From positions 666 through 64,665 of the forward strand of contig CACHBB010000005.1 in NCBI GenBank assembly GCA_902577945.1: a stretch of DNA of 64,000 bases, read 5' to 3'. The position numbers were made by a program, and so were the translations under genes. The notes below the pieces were generated by a model that worked only from the letters and a program-made list of their open reading frames with translations, ran no database searches and was not told where the DNA came from. Source of the DNA: an uncultured Alphaproteobacteria bacterium (GTDB lineage: Bacteria > Pseudomonadota > Alphaproteobacteria > HIMB59 > GCA-002718135). Shown here piece after piece: positions 51,265 to 60,303 of this stretch (position 1 is the first letter of the stretch; each line of letters opens with the position of its first letter).

Positions 51265-52587
51265 TTATAATCTATTTAAAAAATCAATAGCCCTATAATA
51301 AATTATTGCTGAAGAATAAATTGGCCTTCTTAAAATATTTCCACCTGGAATTTTTATATGTTTTATTTGATCAAACATATCAAAACGATTTGATTTATCT
51401 AATATTTTTTCAGATATGATCTTACCAGCCATAACACTCATTGCCAATCCGTGTCCTGAATATGCATGAGAGTAAATAAGTTTTTTATTCATTAAATAAC
51501 CTAAAATTGGGAGTCGATTGATAGATATTGCCAATGTACCACCCCATGAAAATTCTATTTTATATTTTTGTATTTCAGGAAACACTTTGTACATTCTCTT
51601 TGATACAAAATTTTTAGCATCTTTAACAAATTTTGAAGTAATTGTTTCTGGTCCTCCAAATAATAATCTATAATCTTCAGAAAACCTGTAGTAATCAATC
51701 ATAAACCTGGAGTCAATTACTCCACAATTTCTTTTAATAAGTTTTTTGGCTAAAGCTTCTCCAATTGGCTCTGTAGCAATTATATAGTTGTTTATTGGCA
51801 TAAAATAATTTCTTGTAGATCCTAAAAGATCATCAAGATATCCATTACAAGCTACAATAATCTTTTTTGACTTAATGATTTGATTGTTTGTGTGGATATG
51901 AACTTCAGAATTTTTATCTACAATTTTCTCCACTGGAGAATTTTCAAAAATTTTTATTTCATTCTTCAGACAGACTTCTGCTAAACCATAAGTTAATTTG
52001 AGGGGGTTAAGATGATAACTATCTTTCGATAAAATTCCTGAGTGATATCTGTCACTAGCAACTTCATCTCTGATATTTTTAGAGTCAAAATACTCATAGT
52101 TACTATAATCATATTTTTTTTCCATATGATTTATCTCTTCAACAAAATATTTGTAGTCTCTTTTTGTATTACCAACATGCATAATGCCCTGTCTTAATGC
52201 ACAATCAATTTCATACTTTTTAATCAAATTAGTTACAGTCTGCACAGCTTCTAATCCAATATTCCAAAAAAATTTTGCTCTTTCAAAACCAAATTTTTTC
52301 TCTAAAAAAAATTGATCCTTACGCATACCTATTCCTAGCTGGCCACCATTTCTGCCAGAAGCTCCTGCACCAACTTTATTTGCTTCCAAAATTGTTATTT
52401 TTAGACCTTTATTCATTAAATGTAGAGCTGATGAAATACCTGTTAAACCCGCGCCAATAATGCAAATATCAGTTGAAAAACTCTCTGTTATTTTGTTTTG
52501 ATTAGGTAGTTTTTTTGCAGAAAATTTATAAAAACTATCTTTTTCATTATCATGTTGCTTATAGGTTCTTTTTTTTGTAAAAATCAT
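51265..52587 (-). CDS. FAD-dependent oxidoreductase, gamma-glutamylputrescine oxidase (PuuB/OrdL)-like
   Basis: ICIIGAGLTGISSAL dinucleotide fold, GASGRNGGQL, REVASDRY, IDYYRF and YSGHGL motifs that I recall from E. coli PuuB. Confidence 0.65.
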   Translation of the reverse strand: MIFTKKRTYKQHDNEKDSFYKFSAKKLPNQNKITESFSTDICIIGAGLTGISSALHLMNKGLKITILEANKVGAGASGRNGGQLGIGMRKDQFFLEKKFGFERAKFFWNIGLEAVQTVTNLIKKYEIDCALRQGIMHVGNTKRDYKYFVEEINHMEKKYDYSNYEYFDSKNIRDEVASDRYHSGILSKDSYHLNPLKLTYGLAEVCLKNEIKIFENSPVEKIVDKNSEVHIHTNNQIIKSKKIIVACNGYLDDLLGSTRNYFMPINNYIIATEPIGEALAKKLIKRNCGVIDSRFMIDYYRFSEDYRLLFGGPETITSKFVKDAKNFVSKRMYKVFPEIQKYKIEFSWGGTLAISINRLPILGYLMNKKLIYSHAYSGHGLAMSVMAGKIISEKILDKSNRFDMFDQIKHIKIPGGNILRRPIYSSAIIYYRAIDFLNRL

Positions 52588-52637
52588 TTTCTATTCAATA
52601 ATGGTTTAATAACAAATAGTAAACAAACACTCTCAAT

Positions 52638-54005
52638 ATGATTGAAAAATTTAAAACGTGGTTAGATGATAATTCTATTACTGAAGTAGAGTGTCTAGTT
52701 CCTGATTTGGGAGGAATTGCTAGAGGAAAAATATTGCCTACAAATAAATTTTTAAAAGGATTAGAAGATGATAGTCATAGACTTCCTCAATCTACCTTTA
52801 TTCAAACAATATCAGGCGATTATGCATATGAGGATTCTACAGGTACATTGCCAAAAAGTATTTATAATCCAACAGATGTAGATGTTATTTTAAAACCTGA
52901 TTTTAATTCAATGAGAGTTGTTCCGTGGTATGAAGATCCAACAGCTCAAGTAATATGTGATACAGTGAATTTAAATGGTGATGAAGTTATTAATTCAAGT
53001 AGAAATGCATTAAAAAATATATTAAAATTATTTAAAAAAGAAAACTTAGTACCCATTGTTTCTCCAGAATTAGAATTTTATCTAGTCAAACCCAATCCTG
53101 ATTCTGATTATCCACTAGAAGTTCCAGTAGGTCAATCTGGAAGACAAGAAACAGGTAAACAAGCACTAGGAATTGATGCTGTTAATGAATTTGATAATCT
53201 TTTTGAAGATTTATATAACTACTGTGAGTCCCAACATATCGAGATTGACACTATCAATCATGAGTCAGGTTCTGCACAAATGGAAATTAATTTTCAACAT
53301 GGCGATCCTTTAGAATTAGCGGATCAAGTTTTTTTATTTAAGAGAACGTTAAGGCAGTCAGCACTTAAACATAAGCTTTATGCAACATTTATGGCCAAAC
53401 CAATGGAACACCAACCTGGTAGTGCTATGCACATCCATCAATCTATTTATGATAAAAATAATAAAAATATTTTTTTTAATAAAAAATCTGGTTTATCAAA
53501 AAAAATGAAGAATTATATTGGTGGCCTTCAGGAATATACCCCTCTGTTAATGCCAATTTATGCACCCAATATAAATTCATTTAGAAGATTATTTGCTACT
53601 TGGGGCACGCCAAAAAATATCAAGTGGGGTATCGGAAATAGAAGTTGTGGATTTAGAATTCCGTCTATTGAAGAAAAAAATATGCGAATTGAAAATAGAA
53701 TCCCTGGATCAGATACAAACCCATACTTAGTTTTTGCTGCAAATCTTGCCTCTGGTTATCTTGGTATTAAAAACAATCTCAAGCCTTCAGGTGAAACTAA
53801 AGATAGCGCCTTCCATGATAAATTTTCTAATTTACCCAAAACTATTGATGAGTCTCTATCTTTGTTTGAAAATAATGAGGAAATTAAAAATATTTTTAAT
53901 GATAAGTTTATTAGAAGTATTGCCGCTATTAGAAGGGTTGAATATCAAGCATATTTATCAGTTATAAGTTCTTGGGAAAGAGAGTATTTATTACTTAATG
54001 TTTAA
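52638..54005 (+). CDS. Glutamine synthetase-family gamma-glutamyl-amine ligase (PuuA-like glutamate--polyamine ligase; GmaS-type not excluded)
   Basis: GS catalytic-domain motifs PELEFYL, NHESGSAQMEINF, KPMEHQPGSAMHIH and IENRIPGSDTNPY. 455 aa. Adjacent to polyamine genes. Confidence 0.7.
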   Translation: MIEKFKTWLDDNSITEVECLVPDLGGIARGKILPTNKFLKGLEDDSHRLPQSTFIQTISGDYAYEDSTGTLPKSIYNPTDVDVILKPDFNSMRVVPWYEDPTAQVICDTVNLNGDEVINSSRNALKNILKLFKKENLVPIVSPELEFYLVKPNPDSDYPLEVPVGQSGRQETGKQALGIDAVNEFDNLFEDLYNYCESQHIEIDTINHESGSAQMEINFQHGDPLELADQVFLFKRTLRQSALKHKLYATFMAKPMEHQPGSAMHIHQSIYDKNNKNIFFNKKSGLSKKMKNYIGGLQEYTPLLMPIYAPNINSFRRLFATWGTPKNIKWGIGNRSCGFRIPSIEEKNMRIENRIPGSDTNPYLVFAANLASGYLGIKNNLKPSGETKDSAFHDKFSNLPKTIDESLSLFENNEEIKNIFNDKFIRSIAAIRRVEYQAYLSVISSWEREYLLLNV

Positions 54006-54798
54006 ATTTTTTATTAAAATAAAAATATATTATTCCAATTAATAGTAAAGCCAGCATTAATATAGCTGATAAAGCATTAACTTCAGGACTTAAACCTAAA
54101 CGAACTTTAGAGAACACAACTATTGGTAATGTGTTTGCTCCAGGACCTGTAGTAAAGCTTGCAACAACCAGATCATCTAATGAAATTGTAAATGCTAATA
54201 GCCAACCAGCAATTATAGATGGTAATATTATTGGTAAAGTTATCTTATAAAGCACCTTAGTGTAATTATAACCAAGATCCATTGCAGCTTCTTCAATATT
54301 TTTGTTAAAATCAGTTAATCTAGCTTGAATTATTATTGCTACAAAAGCGATACAAAAAGTTACATGTGATATAAATATTGTTAATTGCCCCCTTGAAGAT
54401 GGGAAGCCAATTACATTATTTAAACTTATAAAAAATAGTAACATAGAAAGTCCTAAAATTAATTCTGGCAAAACTAATGGTGTTGAAGAAAGAAAAATAT
54501 AAAATGCCTTAAAAGGAATTTTTCTTATTCTAACGAGTGAATATCCAATCATAACCCCAAGTATTGTTGAAAAAGTCGCTGATAATGCTGCAATTTTTAT
54601 ACTAACTATAAACGCTTCAATTATTTGTTCATTCTTAAATAGCTCATTATACCATTTAAAAGAAAATCCCTTCCATACCATAACTCTCTTATTTTCATTA
54701 AATGAGTAAAAAATTAAAATCAAAATTGGAAAATATAAAAAAAATAAACCAGAAAAAATGATAAAACTCTTAATAATATTAGATTTCATTTTTTTCAC
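53995..54798 (-). CDS. potC: Polyamine ABC transporter permease (PotC/PotI-like)
   Basis: 6 TMs. EAA loop IEEAAMDLGYNYTKVLYKITLP. The last gene of the transporter operon. Confidence 0.8.
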   Translation of the reverse strand: MKKMKSNIIKSFIIFSGLFFLYFPILILIFYSFNENKRVMVWKGFSFKWYNELFKNEQIIEAFIVSIKIAALSATFSTILGVMIGYSLVRIRKIPFKAFYIFLSSTPLVLPELILGLSMLLFFISLNNVIGFPSSRGQLTIFISHVTFCIAFVAIIIQARLTDFNKNIEEAAMDLGYNYTKVLYKITLPIILPSIIAGWLLAFTISLDDLVVASFTTGPGANTLPIVVFSKVRLGLSPEVNALSAILMLALLLIGIIYFYFNKKFKH

Positions 54799-55666
54799 TC
54801 CAACGTGAATAAATTATTTGAAAAAAAACAATGGGTAAAACTAAAATAATTATTCCAGTAAAAGCTAAGGCACTAGCACCAGGCCAATTTCTATTTACAA
54901 AAAATTCTTCCCATAATATTTTGCCATAGTACAATCTGTCACTGCCACCTAACATCTCAGGTATAATAAATTCACCCACAACCGGTATAAAAACTAAAAG
55001 AGAGCCAGCTATAATTCCTGGAATAGACAATGGTAAAATAACTTTAATAAAAGTTTTAACCCGATTTAATCCTAAATCTTTTGAAGCATCAATTAAATTT
55101 AAATCAAATTTATTCAGATATCCATAAAGAGGCAAAATCATAAGAGGCAGATAAGTATAAACTATTCCCATAATCACTGCATATTGGTTATATAATAGTT
55201 GAAGAGGCTCTGACGTAATACCAAGATTCAAAAGAATAAGATTTAAAATGCCATTATTTTGTAAAATTATTTTCCACGCATACACTCTTAATAAAAATGA
55301 AGACCAGAATGGAATAACAACTAAAACTAATAGAATATTTCTTAACCTTACATTAGAAGTAGCAATATAAAATGCTAATGGATAACCAATAAGCAAACAA
55401 AAAAAAGTTGAAATCAATGCTAAAATTAATGAGTTTATAAAAGATCCAATATAATAAAAGTCTCTAAAAATATAAATATAATTTTCGAAAGTAGCATTAA
55501 ATTTAAATTGATTTTCAAAAATAAATAACTCTTGGTATGGAGGCATTCCCCACTCAGAAACTGAGATTGAAATTTTGAAAATTATAGCAAGTGGAATAAA
55601 AAAAAATAAAACTAACCAAAAATATGGTGTAAAAATGAAATATTTCTCAAATAATTTATTTTTCAA
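54779..55666 (-). CDS. potB: Polyamine ABC transporter permease (PotB/PotH-like)
   Basis: 6 TMs. EAA loop LIDASKDLGLNRVKTFIKVILP. Confidence 0.8.
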   Translation of the reverse strand: MKNKLFEKYFIFTPYFWLVLFFFIPLAIIFKISISVSEWGMPPYQELFIFENQFKFNATFENYIYIFRDFYYIGSFINSLILALISTFFCLLIGYPLAFYIATSNVRLRNILLVLVVIPFWSSFLLRVYAWKIILQNNGILNLILLNLGITSEPLQLLYNQYAVIMGIVYTYLPLMILPLYGYLNKFDLNLIDASKDLGLNRVKTFIKVILPLSIPGIIAGSLLVFIPVVGEFIIPEMLGGSDRLYYGKILWEEFFVNRNWPGASALAFTGIIILVLPIVFFQIIYSRWSEKNEI

Positions 55667-56734
55667 TTAATCCTCCAAAATTTTTAATGATTCTTTTTCC
55701 CAACTACACAGAACTCTTTCTCCAATTGGAAAATTGTAATTAGAATTAGAATTGTAATTTTGATCTAGAACTGAAATTATTTTATTACCTGATTTAACCT
55801 CGTAACGTGTAAAACTCCCTAAATATGATTTTTCTAAAACTACTCCTTCAAAAGAATTAACTAAATTAATTTTAACATCTTTTGCTGATTTAATTTTTAT
55901 TTTCTCTGGTCTGAGCAGAATATTAGTTTTTTGTTTCTTTGCTTCATGCTCTAATTCTAAATTTATATTTAATTCATTGGAAAAATAATGATTACTTTTT
56001 TTGTAAACTTCTATTGTATTTGCAATTCCTATAAAATTAGCAGTATAAAAAGATTTTGGATTCTCGTAGACTTCTTCGGGGCTAGAGCATTCTAAAATTT
56101 TTCCTTCTCTCATAATCGCCATTCTATCTGATAAAGACATTGCTTCCTCTTGGTCATGAGTAACAAAGACAAATGTAACTTTTAATTGTTTTTGCAAGCT
56201 AGTTAATTCTAATTGAGTTTTTGATCTTAATTTTTTGTCTAGTGCTGCTAGAGGCTCATCTAATAATAGCAATTTAGGTTTTTTTATAAGACATCTTCCA
56301 AGCGCAACTCTTTGCTGCTCCCCACCTGATAATTGTTTAATTCTTCTATTTAAAAGATTATCAATTGATAATAGCTCAGAAATATCTTTAACCTCTGAAT
56401 TGATTTCATTTTTATTAAATTTTTCTCTTATTCCAAATGCAAGATTGTCAAATACATTTAAATGTGGAAATAATGCGTAAGATTGGAACATATAATTTAA
56501 TGGCCTATCAAAAGGTTCTAGATTTGTTATATCAACTCCTTCAAGAAAAATTCTTCCAGAATCTGGTTTTTCAAAACCACCTAAAATTCTCAATAAAGTT
56601 GTTTTGCCTGATCCAGAAGAACCTAAAAGACCAAAAAATTCAGATTTTGAAATATCTAAATTAATATTTTCTAAAACTTTATTTTTACCAAAAGATTTAG
56701 AAATATTTTCGATTACCAGAAAATTTTTATTCAT
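55667..56734 (-). CDS. potA: Polyamine ABC transporter ATP-binding protein (PotA/PotG-like)
   Basis: Walker A GSSGSGKTT, signature LSGGEQQRVAL, Walker B LLLLDEPL, H-loop VTHDQ. C-terminal TOBE-like regulatory domain. Confidence 0.9.
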   Translation of the reverse strand: MNKNFLVIENISKSFGKNKVLENINLDISKSEFFGLLGSSGSGKTTLLRILGGFEKPDSGRIFLEGVDITNLEPFDRPLNYMFQSYALFPHLNVFDNLAFGIREKFNKNEINSEVKDISELLSIDNLLNRRIKQLSGGEQQRVALGRCLIKKPKLLLLDEPLAALDKKLRSKTQLELTSLQKQLKVTFVFVTHDQEEAMSLSDRMAIMREGKILECSSPEEVYENPKSFYTANFIGIANTIEVYKKSNHYFSNELNINLELEHEAKKQKTNILLRPEKIKIKSAKDVKINLVNSFEGVVLEKSYLGSFTRYEVKSGNKIISVLDQNYNSNSNYNFPIGERVLCSWEKESLKILED

Positions 56735-56740
56735 CTTAAA

Positions 56741-56770
56741 TCAGCACTAATATTAATATATTAGTGCTGA
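56741..56770 (-). promoter_or_regulatory. Perfect 12-bp-stem intercistronic hairpin between the binding-protein gene and the ATPase gene
   Basis: TCAGCACTAATA / 6-nt loop / TATTAGTGCTGA. The 3' arm ends 6 nt upstream of the potA-like ATG (56734). Only three T residues follow it on the minus strand, so it is not a canonical terminator. Confidence 0.6.
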
Positions 56771-56786
56771 AATTAAGTATATTTTT

Positions 56787-57833
56787 TTAATTTGATTTAA
56801 ATTTATTAAAATATTTAGTTGATAACTGAGCTTTTTTAGGTGAGTCAGCGGTATCAGCAAAAAGCAAACTTAAAGTAGCTTCGTCTGGATATATAGCTGG
56901 ATCTCCAATAATCTCTGGATCAACTAGCTCATTAGCTGCTTTATTTGGGTTAGAATACCAAACATAATTTGTAATATCTGCAGCAACCTCAGGACGCAAA
57001 ATATAATTTATAAACTTATGTGCGTTTAAAACATTTTTTGCATCAGCAGGAATTGCCATCATGTCAAACCAAATTACTGTTCCCTCTGAGGGTATTGAAT
57101 ACCATACTGGCTCAATTTCTTCATAAGCAGCGATGAAAACATCACCTGACCATCCCATAGCTAAACAAATTTCACCATTAGCTAGATCATCAATATATTG
57201 AGAGGAATCAAAGTACCTTATGTAAGGTCTAATTTCCTGCAACATAGAAAGAGCAACCTTATAGTCATCTTCATTTTCAGTGTTAGGATCTTTACCTACA
57301 TACTTTAATGCAATTTCCATTACTTCAGATGGTGCATCTAACATTGCTATGCCACAATCTTCATATTTAGCTGCAATAGCTGGATCAAATAAAACACTCC
57401 AACTAGTTACTTCATCCTCATCAACCTTATCAGTATTGTAACCAATACCAGTTGTACCATACATGTAGTTTACTGAATATTGACCCCCTGGATCATGTGC
57501 ATCTATCTTTGATAGAACTTCAGGATCTAGGTTTCCTAAATTTGATAATTCGGATTTATCAAGTTGTTGAAAAACTCCAGCCTTGATTTGGTTTTCTAAA
57601 AAAGAACCTGAAGGCACAACAATATCATAGCCAGAACCACCTGCTAAAAGTTTAGCTTCAAGAACCTCATTTGAATCGAAAACATCATAAGTGACATCAA
57701 TGCCAAATTCATTTTCGAAATTTTCAATTGTATCTTCAGCAATATAATCAGACCAATTGTAAATAAATAATTCTTCCTTAGCCTGAGCTGAAAAAGAAAT
57801 TAAAATTAATAGAGATATAAAATACTTAAGCAT
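56787..57833 (-). CDS. potD: Periplasmic polyamine (putrescine/spermidine)-binding protein, PotD/PotF family
   Basis: Signal peptide MLKYFISLLILISFSAQA. LFIYNWSDYIAEDTIENFENEFGI N-terminus typical of PotD/PotF. Strong SD AGGAGGGG 4 nt upstream of the ATG. Gene order (SBP-ATPase-permease-permease) resembles potFGHI. Confidence 0.85.
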   Translation of the reverse strand: MLKYFISLLILISFSAQAKEELFIYNWSDYIAEDTIENFENEFGIDVTYDVFDSNEVLEAKLLAGGSGYDIVVPSGSFLENQIKAGVFQQLDKSELSNLGNLDPEVLSKIDAHDPGGQYSVNYMYGTTGIGYNTDKVDEDEVTSWSVLFDPAIAAKYEDCGIAMLDAPSEVMEIALKYVGKDPNTENEDDYKVALSMLQEIRPYIRYFDSSQYIDDLANGEICLAMGWSGDVFIAAYEEIEPVWYSIPSEGTVIWFDMMAIPADAKNVLNAHKFINYILRPEVAADITNYVWYSNPNKAANELVDPEIIGDPAIYPDEATLSLLFADTADSPKKAQLSTKYFNKFKSN

Positions 57834-57873
57834 TATTCCCCTCCTAAATAAAACTTACATTAAATAAAATAAA

Positions 57874-58731
57874 TTAAAAATCGAGAATTTTTTTATATAG
57901 ATCAGGCCTTCTATCTCTAAAGTTACCCCATAATTTTCTATATTCTCTTGAAATTAACAAATCTAAAGTCGCAGTTATTATGCCCTCATCTTTGTCATTC
58001 ATCTGATTTATTATATTTCCAAGATGATCCAAAATAAATGAATTACCATAAAAATTTAATTCAATATTAGCCTCGGTCTCCTTCCCTATTCTATTTGAAG
58101 CTATTATGGGAATTTGATTTGCAGCAGCGTGTCCAACCATTGTGTTAATCCAATGATCCTTTGAATTTAATTCAGGCATATGCGGTTCAGAACCAATTGC
58201 TGATGGATATAAAATTAAATCTGCACCCTTCAAGGTTAATATTCTTGCACATTCGGGGAACCACTGATCCCAACATATTGCACAACCAACTTTTGCATTC
58301 GGTGTATCAAAAACCATAAAACCTGTATTGCCCTTTTCAAAATAATACTTCTCATTATATCCAGGTCCTTCAGGGATATGTGATTTATTATATACTTCAC
58401 TTTTTTTACCCAAAGAATCAATCATCACTAAAGAATTAAAAAACTTATTTTCTTTCTTTTGAAAAAAACTAATTGGTAATGAAATTTTTTTTTCTTTACA
58501 AATATTAGATAATTTTTCAAACATTGGATTAGATGGATAATCAATTGCAAGATTAAAAAATTTATCATTTTTTGTTGAACAAAAATAATAATCTTGAAAC
58601 AATTCTTGCAAAAGTAAAATATCAACATTATCCTTAGACGCTTTTTCAACTAAACTAATTGCTTTATTTAAATTAGCATCAAAATCTCCCTTAACAGCTT
58701 TAAATTGTGATGTTGCTACTTTTACTTTCAT
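57874..58731 (-). CDS. aguB: N-carbamoylputrescine amidase (CN-hydrolase family)
   Basis: ICWDQWFPE active-site cysteine motif, LLQELF. The start chosen is the ATG at 58731 (MKVKVATSQF), forming an ATGA overlap with the aguA stop; the ORF track extends to 58758. Confidence 0.85.
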   Translation of the reverse strand: MKVKVATSQFKAVKGDFDANLNKAISLVEKASKDNVDILLLQELFQDYYFCSTKNDKFFNLAIDYPSNPMFEKLSNICKEKKISLPISFFQKKENKFFNSLVMIDSLGKKSEVYNKSHIPEGPGYNEKYYFEKGNTGFMVFDTPNAKVGCAICWDQWFPECARILTLKGADLILYPSAIGSEPHMPELNSKDHWINTMVGHAAANQIPIIASNRIGKETEANIELNFYGNSFILDHLGNIINQMNDKDEGIITATLDLLISREYRKLWGNFRDRRPDLYKKILDF

Positions 58732-59711
58732 ATTTTTGGAACATTCATCGTGATACAATGAATATTTCCTCCACCATAATTTATATTTTCAGTTTGCAAC
58801 ATCATAATTTCTCGATTTGGGAATAATTTTTCAAAAATTATTTTAACCTCGGTGTCTTCCTTAACATTGAATTTAGGTAAGATAATTTTATTTTTACTAA
58901 AATAGAAATTTATATATGAGCTAATAATATTTTTATTATTAATCTTCTTTCTTGTAGGCAAAGGAATTTCAATTAAATCAAATGTTTGAGAAGTAGCATT
59001 AAAAAAATTAATAAGATCAGCTTTGTTTTTTTCTAATCTTTCATAATTAGGATCTGCTTTGTGAGTTATTGCGATTAAATATTTATTTTTACCAATAGGG
59101 CATAATAAATTATCTACATGGCCATCAGTATCATCCCCCTTTAGTCCATTTTCAAACAAAAAAATATGATTTAAATCAAACAAGAGTTTTAATTCTTTTA
59201 TAATATATTCACTACTATGTTTTTGTTTTCTATTTTTATTAAATATTACACTTTTGGTGCTAAATAAATTGTTTTTATCATCATAAGTGATAGCTCCACC
59301 CTCAATGACTAAGTCAGAACTTTTTGTTGGAATATTTAAATAGTTAGAAATAAATTTTGATATTTTATTATCATTAAAATAATCTGGATACTTTCCATAA
59401 CCATTAAATTCAAAATTGATTGATTTTAATTTTTTATCTTCATAATAAAATATTGGTGCTATATCTCGCATCCAAGAATCATCTAATTTACATTCTACAA
59501 TATCTATATTTTTATTATCAGTTTTATTTTGAATTTCATTAATGTCTTCTTTATTTGATAAGATAATAACATGTTCATTTTTTGCAATTTCATTAACCAC
59601 ATTAGCAACTTCATCTCTGGCTTTTTTAATAACTTTACCGTAAAGGTCTTTATTACAAGGCCAAGCAATAAGACAATATTGGTGCTCATACCATTCAGGA
59701 ATTAGTTTCAT
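58728..59711 (-). CDS. aguA: Agmatine deiminase
   Basis: PEWYEH...WP N-terminus, DSWMRD, DGHVDN and C-terminal GGGNIHCITMNVP catalytic-cysteine motif. Confidence 0.85.
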   Translation of the reverse strand: MKLIPEWYEHQYCLIAWPCNKDLYGKVIKKARDEVANVVNEIAKNEHVIILSNKEDINEIQNKTDNKNIDIVECKLDDSWMRDIAPIFYYEDKKLKSINFEFNGYGKYPDYFNDNKISKFISNYLNIPTKSSDLVIEGGAITYDDKNNLFSTKSVIFNKNRKQKHSSEYIIKELKLLFDLNHIFLFENGLKGDDTDGHVDNLLCPIGKNKYLIAITHKADPNYERLEKNKADLINFFNATSQTFDLIEIPLPTRKKINNKNIISSYINFYFSKNKIILPKFNVKEDTEVKIIFEKLFPNREIMMLQTENINYGGGNIHCITMNVPKI

Positions 59712-59739
59712 ATTATTTGAAAATATGTATAATTAGAAG

Positions 59740-60303
59740 ATGACCAAAGATGAAGTAAAATTCACTGAAATGAAACATGGCGATAAAGAAGATTATGAAC
59801 TTCTGGCAAATTTTGAGGATAAATTCATAGAAGGTACTGCGGATAGGATAGTAAGAGTTTTAGAAGGCCTAGACAAATCTCTTGGTGGTTATCAGGTTTC
59901 AAGATTAGAACATTCACTTCAAACTGCATCTAGAGCTTTAAGAGAGAAAGCGTCTGAAGAAATGGTAGTTGCATCTTTATTGCATGATATTGGAGATGAG
60001 ATAGCGCCTTTAAACCATTCAGAGCTTGCAGCAGCAGTTTTAAAACCGTTTGTCTCTGAAAAAACAAGATGGATAGTCGAGCAACACGGTTTATTTCAAG
60101 CATATTACTATAATCATCATTATGGCAAAGACAGAAATCTTAGAGATAAATTTAAAGGACATGAACACTTTCAAGACACAATCAATTTTTGTGAAAGATG
60201 GGATCAAGCATCTTTTGATCCAAACTACGATACAATACCATTAAAAGAATTTGTTCCAATGGTTCAAAGAATTTTTAATAGAACTCCTTATAGAAATTTA
60301 TAA
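59740..60303 (+). CDS. HD-domain protein; ligand pattern compatible with MIOX/PhnZ/TmpB-like diiron oxygenases rather than a generic phosphohydrolase
   Basis: 187 aa. H58 (RLEHSLQTA), H82-D83 (LLHDIGD), H93 (NHSELAA), H116 (VEQHG), D155/D160 (ERWDQASFD). Confidence 0.65.
   Translation: MTKDEVKFTEMKHGDKEDYELLANFEDKFIEGTADRIVRVLEGLDKSLGGYQVSRLEHSLQTASRALREKASEEMVVASLLHDIGDEIAPLNHSELAAAVLKPFVSEKTRWIVEQHGLFQAYYYNHHYGKDRNLRDKFKGHEHFQDTINFCERWDQASFDPNYDTIPLKEFVPMVQRIFNRTPYRNL

Noticed and set aside
56235-56664. Two ORFs (81 and 75 aa) antisense to the ABC ATPase gene, and a 77-aa alternative-frame ORF at 53734-53967 inside the GS-like gene
   Set aside because: Fully embedded in strongly supported genes. 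No features suggest expression.
58236-58649. Two same-strand alternative-frame ORFs (61 and 73 aa) inside aguB, and a similar one at 59504-59689 inside aguA
   Set aside because: K/I/L/F-rich low-complexity translations with no SD or conserved motif. The overlapping main frames carry clear catalytic motifs.
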